37,849 bases of DNA from a virus. Lineage: Duplodnaviria; Caudoviricetes. The translations under genes and the position numbers were made by a program. Below the pieces are notes generated by a model. The model searched no databases. It was not told where the DNA came from and worked only from the letters and a program-made list of their open reading frames with translations. Of the stretch, positions 18,349 to 25,759 are shown piece by piece. Where the stretch lies: the IMG/VR virus record IMGVR_UViG_3300016484_000127, positions 1 to 37,849 of that record; one strand, 5' to 3'. Position 1 is the first letter of the stretch. Each line of letters begins with the position of its first letter.

Positions 18349-19108
18349 TAAAGGCTTTCAATGGATAAAATACGAGGCTGTTACGATAGCCGCCTTCACG
18401 AAGCGGCACAATAGGCGTGACGCCATGTAGATTGCGCCAAGCGGGATAAACAAGCATGCTGTTATCACAACTATCCATAGTAGCGCCATAATCTGGAACA
18501 GTAGTGTTGCCTCCTCTAGCATGGCTTCGCTTCGCGATGATGACATTTACACAATCCTTTAGGTTGGCTTGGTCGGTATGGTAGTCAGCGGCTATGTTAA
18601 AGTTTGAAATGCTACTTGTAAACATACGGCCAAATCTGAAGCGCGGCGGCACTTTTTCCTCAATGATTTTGCATTGACGCTCAAATATGTTCGGGGTCAA
18701 TTCCTTAATCACTTCTTCACTCTCGCGGCATACAAGCAACATGGCCTTGATAAAGGTCTTGGCGCTTTCTACATCGTGAACGGCCGACATTCGAGGGTAG
18801 GGCATACGCATATGAGGTCTAGGGGCGCATGAGCCGATGATTGTACTGAATTGCTTGACTTCAAACTCCTCATTACGAAGGCCGCTGGAACGGCGCATTT
18901 CACTTTTAGGCACGCGGTCGGATAATAATTCAGCATTAGCAACATCCACCAGCTTGCGGAGTTTTTCAGGAACTTGCTTGAGATAAAACCCGATTGCTTC
19001 ACCGTCAACCATAAACATCGTGTCTTCAGTAATGTTCGGCGGTATATCAATACAACGCTCGCCAACGTGCTTGTTGTGAGGGATTTGTACCAATTCAATC
19101 TGTTTCAT
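18332..19108 (-). CDS. TET/JBP-family 2OG-Fe(II) nucleic-acid dioxygenase
   Basis: FTS...NFN....YHTD..N (HxD), LHGVTP (distal His), RNSLVFY (RxS) match the phage TET/JBP signature. Confidence 0.85.
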   Translation of the reverse strand: MKQIELVQIPHNKHVGERCIDIPPNITEDTMFMVDGEAIGFYLKQVPEKLRKLVDVANAELLSDRVPKSEMRRSSGLRNEEFEVKQFSTIIGSCAPRPHMRMPYPRMSAVHDVESAKTFIKAMLLVCRESEEVIKELTPNIFERQCKIIEEKVPPRFRFGRMFTSSISNFNIAADYHTDQANLKDCVNVIIAKRSHARGGNTTVPDYGATMDSCDNSMLVYPAWRNLHGVTPIVPLREGGYRNSLVFYPLKAFNDYWD

Positions 19109-19986
19109 TTCAATTCCTTCAGGTATTTAGGTTGATAATTCTTTTTGCGAAAGTCATACAACACGCTCCAATCCACGCCTTTCGGTACATTCTTTTTCAT
19201 GGCCTCAATCTCAAGGCGCATACGCTCAATGTAATATCCAACGTGACGTTTGCCTAGCTTTGCTTTCTTGTAAGCGCACAAAGTCGTTTCAATACTGAAG
19301 ATATTTGTGTGTTTAATCGGCATTTCAACAATTTTTTGTTGAATTTGGCTCAAGCCGCGCTCTAAATCAGCGTAGTCATTGGCATTTAGCTTTTTATCCT
19401 CAAAGTGGCTAAATATATCATCGCGGCCAAGCGCTAAAGCAAGCCCGTTGCGACAGCTTTCAGCATTCTTGAGGTCTAAATCATCAGGCGTCATCTTGGT
19501 TGGGGTCAATACAGACACCATTTCAAGATAAATAAACATGGTGAAGCGGCCAAAGTAATGGATGCTAGACAACTTGTTGTAAGCCTCTTTGTAGGTTTGC
19601 TTCGGGTCTTGATGCGTCAATCGTTCAAAATAGGCGGCCTGATTATCGCCAACAATCGCTTTGTAGGATTTGAAGCAGTTTACAAATTCATCGTTGCTAC
19701 GCACCCGCGCACGGTCTGTTTGGAATATCAAGCGGGCTTTGTTAGCCCTCCACCAGCGTTCAAGCCTGTTTACGTCAACGGTTTCGTAATCAGGAAACTC
19801 GTTGTATATGTAAAACACCGTAGGGGCGCAATAACAAGTGCCAAACAGGAAGGCCAGCCAGTAGCGTTGTTCAATGTTTAATTCGTATCGGTCGCAAATG
19901 TAGGCAAGACAGTCATTTTGCGGGTCAATGTCATTCGCTACGGATGATGCGTAGTGATAGGCTAGATATTCTTTTAAAGCGCCCAT
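19105..19986 (-). CDS. Amino acid:DNA transferase (aGPT-Pplase2-like, HhH glycosylase fold)
   Basis: DIDP, EQRYWLAFLFGTCY, FQTDR, FGRF..F.YLE, RNGL, IETTLCAYKK, GYYI.R. Confidence 0.78.
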   Translation of the reverse strand: MGALKEYLAYHYASSVANDIDPQNDCLAYICDRYELNIEQRYWLAFLFGTCYCAPTVFYIYNEFPDYETVDVNRLERWWRANKARLIFQTDRARVRSNDEFVNCFKSYKAIVGDNQAAYFERLTHQDPKQTYKEAYNKLSSIHYFGRFTMFIYLEMVSVLTPTKMTPDDLDLKNAESCRNGLALALGRDDIFSHFEDKKLNANDYADLERGLSQIQQKIVEMPIKHTNIFSIETTLCAYKKAKLGKRHVGYYIERMRLEIEAMKKNVPKGVDWSVLYDFRKKNYQPKYLKELK

Positions 19987-20570
19987 TCGTAAACCTTGTA
20001 AGGGTCTAGCGGTTCGGGATTGAGCAAACAGCGTTTCAAAATGTCTGCTGTCGAAGCAATAAACACGCTGTTAAACTTTTTAGCCATATATGCGGGGCGA
20101 TTTTCGTTGCGTAGGAACGTGATTTTATCTTTGGACAAGGTAAGCCCTGCAAAACTAATTTTCTCATGCAGAAAAGCGTTTCTGTCTGCTTTATGAAGCA
20201 TTATTTCGCCGTCATTCTCACAACTCATTTCTATCCCGTGCCGTTTTTCCATTTCAGCTTTTGTACCCATATCAATAACGCCGTTGAACACTAGGTATTC
20301 ATCATTGTATGAGAGCGGCTGATTGTTTTTCATGTCAAGATAATCGCCGCTGGTAGAGTAGCGACAATGACCGATTAAGGCCTTTGGATGATGGATTTTG
20401 TCCAGCAAGGGTTTGAGCGTGTTCGACTTCTCAACAACGGGCTTATCCTCAACGGCCGCGAAGCCATAAGCGTGCATGCCGCGTATTTTGCTTTCAATAA
20501 AAAGACGTTTGAGCGTGTCAATCGCCTCTTGGGTAGGATTTTCGCTGATAAAGCCTACGATTGCACACAT
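19974..20570 (-). CDS. Stand-alone class-II (Ntn) glutamine amidotransferase
   Basis: N-terminal nucleophile MC(AIVG), RG.HAYG, IGHCRYSTSG, NNQP, FNGVI, NDGE. Confidence 0.9.
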   Translation of the reverse strand: MCAIVGFISENPTQEAIDTLKRLFIESKIRGMHAYGFAAVEDKPVVEKSNTLKPLLDKIHHPKALIGHCRYSTSGDYLDMKNNQPLSYNDEYLVFNGVIDMGTKAEMEKRHGIEMSCENDGEIMLHKADRNAFLHEKISFAGLTLSKDKITFLRNENRPAYMAKKFNSVFIASTADILKRCLLNPEPLDPYKVYEWAL

Positions 20571-21016
20571 CGTTTAATATCCTTGTAAACAGCATCCTTG
20601 TCTTTGTTGTTATCCACAATGCTTAATTTGAATGTGTATTGCTTTTTGAAAGCGGGCAACTTCTTGATAAAACTGTAATGAACTTTGAACTTGTCTAGGT
20701 TGTAATCAGCCGCGCCCCGTTCGATTGTTCGCTGTTCAACGGTCTTTGGTAAAGAATGCATGACGATGATATGTAAATCAGTCAGCCTTGAAAGCCTTAA
20801 CAGGGTCGGCTCGGTCTGAAAAATACAGCCGTGTATCACCATATCCCGCGTTGAGGCTTTGACTTGAGCCACCAATTCGTCAACTGAACTAATAGCATCA
20901 AGCCCCATCTTGCCGCCAATGTAATTCATCAGCGGGAACTCTTTTTCAAGCCTGTTTGCTTGTGTAGTTTTGCCACAACCGTGATAGCCGACAAGATAAA
21001 AGCATTTATGCTTCAT
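20555..21016 (-). CDS. P-loop kinase, candidate 5-hydroxymethyluracil DNA kinase
   Basis: Walker A GYHGCGKTT, GLDAI, lid-like R..ERG; context next to the transferase; start moved to ATG 21016. Confidence 0.72.
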   Translation of the reverse strand: MKHKCFYLVGYHGCGKTTQANRLEKEFPLMNYIGGKMGLDAISSVDELVAQVKASTRDMVIHGCIFQTEPTLLRLSRLTDLHIIVMHSLPKTVEQRTIERGAADYNLDKFKVHYSFIKKLPAFKKQYTFKLSIVDNNKDKDAVYKDIKRCVQS

Positions 21017-21617
21017 GCTTCTCTTTTTCTTTACGCAAAAACTCAATAATCATGTACCCGACATAAGCGTGTTGTTGACGCCACCATTTAACCAATTCGG
21101 CCGCTTCTTCATAGTCATCAGGCTCAAACTCAATCTGAATGGCCTTGCGAACGCCTTGTTGCATATCGTCAATTTGGTCATCAATCTCTTCATCGTCCAG
21201 CACGGAATAATCCACTTGCGTGATGCTGATTTCAGACGGGTCAAAGGCTAAAAGGCTAATATCAGCGTCTAATGAGCGCAAATCCTCAATCTCTAGCATG
21301 AGCAATTCTTCATCCCAGCCAGCATTAAGGGCAATTTTGTTGTCGGCAATAATGAAAGCGCGTTTTTGCGTTTCGGTCATGTCACTACCATCAATGGTAG
21401 GCACTTCGGTCATCCCCAACTTGCGGGCGGCTAATACGCGGCCGTGGCCAGCGATGATACCGTTTTCGCCATCTACTAATACAGGATTGCGCCAGCCAAA
21501 CTCTTTGATAGACGCGGCGATTTGAGCCACTTGAGCATCGCTATGTGTACGGCTGTTACGGGCATAAGGGATTAAATCCTCAATGTTTTTGTAGGTGATT
21601 TTGAGCTTTTCTGCCAT
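21006..21617 (-). CDS. ParB/Srx-domain protein (phage type) with acidic C-terminus
   Basis: LIPYARNSRTH, IAASIKEFGW.NPVL, IIAGHGR..AA, IADNK......WD. Confidence 0.93.
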   Translation of the reverse strand: MAEKLKITYKNIEDLIPYARNSRTHSDAQVAQIAASIKEFGWRNPVLVDGENGIIAGHGRVLAARKLGMTEVPTIDGSDMTETQKRAFIIADNKIALNAGWDEELLMLEIEDLRSLDADISLLAFDPSEISITQVDYSVLDDEEIDDQIDDMQQGVRKAIQIEFEPDDYEEAAELVKWWRQQHAYVGYMIIEFLRKEKEKHEA

Positions 21618-21626
21618 GTTTTATCC

Positions 21627-21863
21627 TTATTTTATGTCAAGGCGTTCAGGGTGATAGCGATACAGCCACACCTCTTTACGCGCCATTTTGGTTGGGTTAG
21701 GTATTAAGTCGCGGGTCACATATCGCGCCCCTTTAAGGTAGCTCAATGCCATTGAGATTTCACTTGGCTTGAGGTCAGGACACAACTTCTTGATTTCATT
21801 CGATGTTAGAGGCCTTGGATTGGCCGTGAAGGTCGCACGCAATTTGTTGGTAGCGTTAGGCAT
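21627..21863 (-). CDS. Small winged-HTH-like protein
   Basis: PLTSNEI...LKPSEISMALSYL....YVTR pattern. Confidence 0.6.
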   Translation of the reverse strand: MPNATNKLRATFTANPRPLTSNEIKKLCPDLKPSEISMALSYLKGARYVTRDLIPNPTKMARKEVWLYRYHPERLDIK

Positions 21864-21896
21864 AAAAAATCCCCATACTTTTTAGGTTATGGGGAT
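21864..21896 (-). terminator. Hairpin with T-tract that overlaps the RBS of ORF 21627-21863
   Basis: Minus strand ATCCCCATA-N10-TATGGGGAT-TTTTT-ATG. Confidence 0.6.
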
Positions 21897-21924
21897 ATAT
21901 TACAGCAATTCTAATACAAGTCAA
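21897..21924 (-). promoter_or_regulatory. Sigma70-like promoter candidate for the modification/packaging operon
   Basis: TTGACT-N16-TAATAT. Confidence 0.45.
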
Positions 21925-22065
21925 TCACCAGTAGCATTTAATGTTTTCGACTAACTCCGCTGGTGTCATTCCAATAATCGCCATATCAAGCATTAGCGCT
22001 AATAAAGCCATGCCGATAGCGCCTAAAATCCAATCTGATGCTGTTGTTTTTGAGCGTGTTTTCAT
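21925..22065 (-). CDS. Small single-pass membrane protein (46 aa; not in the ORF track)
   Basis: MKTRSKTTASDWILGAIGMALLALMLDMAIIG...; TAATG overlap and upstream GGAGG. Confidence 0.7.
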   Translation of the reverse strand: MKTRSKTTASDWILGAIGMALLALMLDMAIIGMTPAELVENIKCYW

Positions 22066-22493
22066 TATGCGGCCTCCAATTCTTGTTTGTAATTATCCCA
22101 AGCGGCTGGCAATTCAGCGCCCTCGATTTCAGCATTGTCCAAAATGTATTCAATGTCATCTTGGTTTAGCTCGTCAGGCTCATATTCGTCTAACAGGTCT
22201 GTAATGAAACCTTCGTGACCGTGATATGGTGTTGAATGATAGATTTCAACTTCATCGCCGTTAAACATGGCTACTTGATAATCGTTGTTGACTAGGAATA
22301 CATAGCCGCTTGATTTGTTCATGGCTAGACGTACACCATCATCGGCAAAGTTTTTAGGCCAAGCGGCTTTCAACAACTCGCCGCCCTCTTGCAATTCACG
22401 ATGACCAAATTCTGATAGGTTTTCTGTATAGTATGTCATTTCAATCCCCTTGTTTTCTCTATTTTCAATGTCCAATTCGCTGAAGTAACCCAT
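22065..22493 (-). CDS. Acidic hypothetical protein
   Basis: ATG 22493 just after the upstream stop; alternative internal start MTYY with AAGGGG RBS. Confidence 0.7.
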   Translation of the reverse strand: MGYFSELDIENRENKGIEMTYYTENLSEFGHRELQEGGELLKAAWPKNFADDGVRLAMNKSSGYVFLVNNDYQVAMFNGDEVEIYHSTPYHGHEGFITDLLDEYEPDELNQDDIEYILDNAEIEGAELPAAWDNYKQELEAA

Positions 22494-22494
22494 G

Positions 22495-22692
22495 TTAAAC
22501 TCCAGCCTCGCTGATAGCTTCAATGAACAGTTTACGTTCGGCTGTTGTGTTAAAGAAAAAGTCTATGCGTTCCCAAACTGCTTCTTCATGTTCGCCTTTT
22601 GTCATTACGTCAAATTTGAGCGTACAAAAATCATCGTGGTCATGTCCACCAACTTCTACAAATCGAACATTGTGAATTGTTAAGTTTGCCAT
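22495..22692 (-). CDS. Hypothetical protein
   Basis: GGAGGA RBS before ATG 22692. Confidence 0.7.
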   Translation of the reverse strand: MANLTIHNVRFVEVGGHDHDDFCTLKFDVMTKGEHEEAVWERIDFFFNTTAERKLFIEAISEAGV

Positions 22693-22705
22693 TTTTACAT
22701 CCTCC

Positions 22706-22730
22706 AAAAAATGGGGGCTATTGCGCCCCC
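22706..22730 (-). terminator. Intrinsic terminator-like hairpin
   Basis: Minus strand GGGGGC-GCAATA-GCCCCC-ATTTTTT. Confidence 0.65.
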
Positions 22731-22737
22731 GTACAAA

Positions 22738-22986
22738 TTAAATGTCCAATGAATTTAAAAAGTCGCGCAACTGTTTTAACTGCTCGCCTTTTAATGAAAC
22801 CATTGTGCGTTTTTCGTGACTGCGTTTAGAAACTTGGTCTGAATAAAATTCTTTAGTGTCGATTGATAACCATTGTTCGCCGCCATTTGGCTTGCCGCTA
22901 TCTACGCTGATGTAATAATTACCTTCTTGAGCAACTTTCCAATGAACCGTTGTTTTACCTTTAAACTCGATGTGTTTCATAGCCAT
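22738..22986 (-). CDS. Hypothetical protein
   Basis: GGAGGGG RBS, 82 aa. Confidence 0.7.
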   Translation of the reverse strand: MAMKHIEFKGKTTVHWKVAQEGNYYISVDSGKPNGGEQWLSIDTKEFYSDQVSKRSHEKRTMVSLKGEQLKQLRDFLNSLDI

Positions 22987-23009
22987 TTTTTATCCCCTCC
23001 GTGAGATAT

Positions 23010-23025
23010 GGGGGCTTTCGCCCCC
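23010..23025 (-). other. GNRA-loop hairpin, second copy of the GGGGGC/GCCCCC stem
   Basis: Minus strand GGGGGC-GAAA-GCCCCC, with no clear U-tract. Confidence 0.6.
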
Positions 23026-23032
23026 GATTGAT

Positions 23033-23305
23033 TTAGATTTCGCCGATTGCTTTTAAGTAAGCGTTTGAGCCAGCTTCTGTCAGCCAAACATAATTGTCAT
23101 CTTTGTGGCCGTTATCTTGAAAGCCAGCCAAGCCTTTTTTGATTAGACTAGCTAACACGCCGCCTTCAGATTTGGTTTCAATTTCGCAAGCCGCCCAAAG
23201 CAAGCCGCCAAATGTATAACCAAGATAATCGTCACCTTGATATTCGCTTGTTGCTAATTTTTTAATCAATTCGTGTTCTAGTGCTGTAATTTCCATGATT
23301 TTCAT
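23033..23305 (-). CDS. Winged-helix (MarR-like) hypothetical protein
   Basis: GVLASLIKKGL...VWLTEAG; AAGGA near ATG 23305/23296, start uncertain. Confidence 0.6.
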   Translation of the reverse strand: MKIMEITALEHELIKKLATSEYQGDDYLGYTFGGLLWAACEIETKSEGGVLASLIKKGLAGFQDNGHKDDNYVWLTEAGSNAYLKAIGEI

Positions 23306-23342
23306 CCTTTTTCGTTTCCTGTCGCGTCTGACAGTAAGGCGT

Positions 23343-23371
23343 ATCATGAATGAGAAGTATTAGGGAGTAAA
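23343..23371 (-). promoter_or_regulatory. Early promoter candidate
   Basis: TTTACT-N17-CATGAT with an A-rich UP-like tract upstream; same motif as at 25722 and 26116. Confidence 0.6.
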
Positions 23372-23419
23372 GCGTTTTTTTGCTTTTTTTTAAATTATTT
23401 TTGATTATTGTGTAAGGGA

Positions 23420-23497
23420 TGGGGATACGCCAACGAAAAAGTCACGCGGAGGGTCGTGAAGGCCGTTTAAAGTCGAACCCAAGACAGCGTATCCCCA
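23420..23497 (-). ncRNA. Candidate structured RNA after ssb
   Basis: 11-bp closing stem TGGGGATACGC/GCGTATCCCCA with an internal hairpin TCACG-ACCCTCCG-CGTGA; strand inferred from context. Confidence 0.4.
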
Positions 23498-23516
23498 AGA
23501 GGGTTGGCGTTACCGC

Positions 23517-23957
23517 CTAGAAAGGTATGTCATCTTCCATTACTTCAAAGCCGCCATCGTTAGGAATAGATGGTTGACCAGCGCCGCTTTCATGGTTAGT
23601 GCCAGCGCCTTTGTTTTCTGCTTTGCTACCTAAAAATTGGATGGTGTCAGCGTTCACGCGGGTTGTATATCGGTCTGCGCCCGTTTGTTTGTCTTGCCAT
23701 TTTTCGGTCTTTAGACGGCCTTGTACAAAAATTTGTGAGCCTTTGATTAGGTATTCGCCGCACAATTCGGCTAGTTTGCCGTACACGGCTACGTTGACCC
23801 ATTCGGTAGCCTCTTGTTTTTGGCCATTCTTATCATGCCATGATGAACCAACTGCCAACGCGATATTTGCTACGGCCTTGCCATCGGGAGTAAAACGCAT
23901 ATCAACGTCTTTGCCCAATCTGCCAATAAAATTACATGAATTCAAATCATTCGCCAT
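23517..23957 (-). CDS. ssb: Single-stranded DNA-binding protein
   Basis: IGRLGKD...R, TEW..V...GKLAE, KGS...V.GRL, C-terminal DDIPF. Confidence 0.97.
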   Translation of the reverse strand: MANDLNSCNFIGRLGKDVDMRFTPDGKAVANIALAVGSSWHDKNGQKQEATEWVNVAVYGKLAELCGEYLIKGSQIFVQGRLKTEKWQDKQTGADRYTTRVNADTIQFLGSKAENKGAGTNHESGAGQPSIPNDGGFEVMEDDIPF

Positions 23958-24579
23958 TTTCATCCCCTAAAAATTTAATCATTTCTTCAATTTCTGCCAA
24001 AAAGGCCAGTATTTCAGCTTCCATTTCAGCCATTAAGGCTTCATCCCTAAAACAGCGCTTAACAAACAACTGATTGCGTTGAGGCAGTCTAGGGTCAAAG
24101 CTGATAAAGTCGCACCAGCTTCGGCCTGTTACCCATAATTGGCATTGGATTTGTTTGTAATACTCCGTAGGCACTTTGTCATCTAGGATGTAATCCAAGT
24201 GCGTAGTCGTATTTGGGCATTTAATCTCTACAAGCCCGTCACTATCAACAAGGCCGTCAGGTGATACGCCAACCCATTTAATGGTTTCGTGCGGCCAAAA
24301 GCCTGTTTTATCAACAAGCACGTCATTAGCCACTTCGTATGCCATTCGCGCAAATGGCTCTTGCTCCGTTCCCCATTCCATAGCGGCGTTGGTGTAAAAG
24401 TCTTGACTGCCGCCTGTTAAGCGTTCGGCCAATAGTTTAGTCTTGTACTTTTTACGGGTGACAGCTTCGCCGCTTTTGCCCTTTGCCATTACATCGGCAA
24501 CATTTGAGGCCGTTACATGGCCAAGCCGTAAAGCTCGCCATTCATCCGTGCCTTGCTCTACCTTTCGAGGGTCTGTCAT
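23947..24579 (-). CDS. YqaJ / lambda-exonuclease family protein
   Basis: QGT.EW...R.G..TAS, MEWG...EP.A, SPDG, EIKCP, Y..Q.Q.QL. Confidence 0.95.
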   Translation of the reverse strand: MTDPRKVEQGTDEWRALRLGHVTASNVADVMAKGKSGEAVTRKKYKTKLLAERLTGGSQDFYTNAAMEWGTEQEPFARMAYEVANDVLVDKTGFWPHETIKWVGVSPDGLVDSDGLVEIKCPNTTTHLDYILDDKVPTEYYKQIQCQLWVTGRSWCDFISFDPRLPQRNQLFVKRCFRDEALMAEMEAEILAFLAEIEEMIKFLGDENGE

Positions 24580-25115
24580 TCTTCACCCTCCAACTGCGAT
24601 TTGCGAACGTCTTTTGCGCGTTCAAGGGCTTTTCTAGCCACCATGTTTTCGCCAACCTCTTTGTACTTCTCAATGTAAACTTTTTTCATGCTTTCAAGGT
24701 CAGGCGCTGACATAATAGCTTCAATCATTGGCTCAATATCAACTGGCGCTGGCTCTACGTCAGGCAAATCCTCACCAGCGTAGATATAGAGGCCGATACC
24801 AAAGCAAGCAATACATTTTGCTAGGCATCGCATTGTGGCATCGCTGATTTTGCGGCTGTCAGGGTTTGGAATAGCGTTGTTGCGGTTATCCATGACGGGC
24901 AACTGCATACGCATTGTTTTACCCATCGCTGTTACATTACAAAACACCATAACGGTTTCGCCAAACCATCTAGGTTCGGGAAACTCCCATGTTGCTTCAG
25001 GGTCGTTTTGCAAAAGGGTATCAACCGCCCAAGTCCATGAAAGGTATTTTAGCTGGCCTTTTTTCTCAACATATTCGTTGACGTTGATTTCACGCAACTC
25101 TTTAAATGTTTTCAT
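24576..25115 (-). CDS. Sak-like single-strand annealing protein (DUF1071, Rad52 fold)
   Basis: EKKG.L.YLSW.WA, LPVMDNRN, MRCLAK..A.FGIGLYIYAGEDLP. Confidence 0.92.
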   Translation of the reverse strand: MKTFKELREINVNEYVEKKGQLKYLSWTWAVDTLLQNDPEATWEFPEPRWFGETVMVFCNVTAMGKTMRMQLPVMDNRNNAIPNPDSRKISDATMRCLAKCIACFGIGLYIYAGEDLPDVEPAPVDIEPMIEAIMSAPDLESMKKVYIEKYKEVGENMVARKALERAKDVRKSQLEGEE

Positions 25116-25134
25116 CTTGTCTTATCCTTGTATT

Positions 25135-25365
25135 TTAGTGTGCTTCAGTTTGTAGCAAGCTCAAAATCTTAAACTTGTCCAATTCGCCCCAATCTGTACG
25201 TCTTAAACAGGCTTGAAAGTATTGCCTGATTAAGTCTTTGCGCGGGATGCTTGTTGTTCTCTCGCTGAATTTGCCAATGTTCTGAATGTAGTAGATTTCA
25301 TCTTCAGTACGGTGTTTTTTGTTATGTGTTGTTGTAATGTTTTGTTGTTTTATTGTTTTATTCAT
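25135..25365 (-). CDS. Hypothetical protein
   Basis: 76 aa; GGAGG upstream and overlap with the previous gene. Confidence 0.6.
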   Translation of the reverse strand: MNKTIKQQNITTTHNKKHRTEDEIYYIQNIGKFSERTTSIPRKDLIRQYFQACLRRTDWGELDKFKILSLLQTEAH

Positions 25366-25678
25366 TGTCGCCGCCTCCTAGCGTGCTGTTGTAAAGGCCA
25401 GCGGCCTCCTCATAAGACCATTCCTCAAGTTTTGAGATAATGGCATTCATTACCGTAAGCCCCAAGCGCGAATAATCGCGGTGTTTCATATAGGCTTCAA
25501 TGCGGTCTTTTTGGCCGTCTAAACACTTGGAATTTAAAGCATCCATGAAATTGTCAAACAATTCAGGGCTAAATTTGCCCCCTGACAATTCAATCGCTTT
25601 ATCTCTAATTGCCGCTGTCACTTGTTCAGCAGACAGGTCTTGCGAAACACTTGGTTTCTTTGCTTTTCTTGTTGCCAT
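25358..25678 (-). CDS. Hypothetical protein
   Basis: 106 aa, AAGGA RBS, first gene of the leftward operon. Confidence 0.7.
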   Translation of the reverse strand: MATRKAKKPSVSQDLSAEQVTAAIRDKAIELSGGKFSPELFDNFMDALNSKCLDGQKDRIEAYMKHRDYSRLGLTVMNAIISKLEEWSYEEAAGLYNSTLGGGDNE

Positions 25679-25721
25679 GATATATCCTTTTCGTTGTATC
25701 AGCCCCGTGCTGATAAGAAGT

Positions 25722-25750
25722 ATTATGATTGAGTGCTTTTAGAAAGTAAA
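25722..25750 (-). promoter_or_regulatory. Leftward early promoter candidate
   Basis: TTTACT-N17-CATAAT at the divergence point. Confidence 0.6.
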
Positions 25751-25759
25751 GACAAATTT

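Noticed and set aside
21006-21617. ParB as evidence of a plasmid-prophage partition system
   Set aside because: No ParA or parS array was seen, and the sequence is the phage type associated with modification and terminase genes.
23420-23497. tRNA, suggested by a GGTTCGA T-loop-like string on the minus strand
   Set aside because: The string is near the 5' end, and there is no cloverleaf, anticodon arm or CCA.
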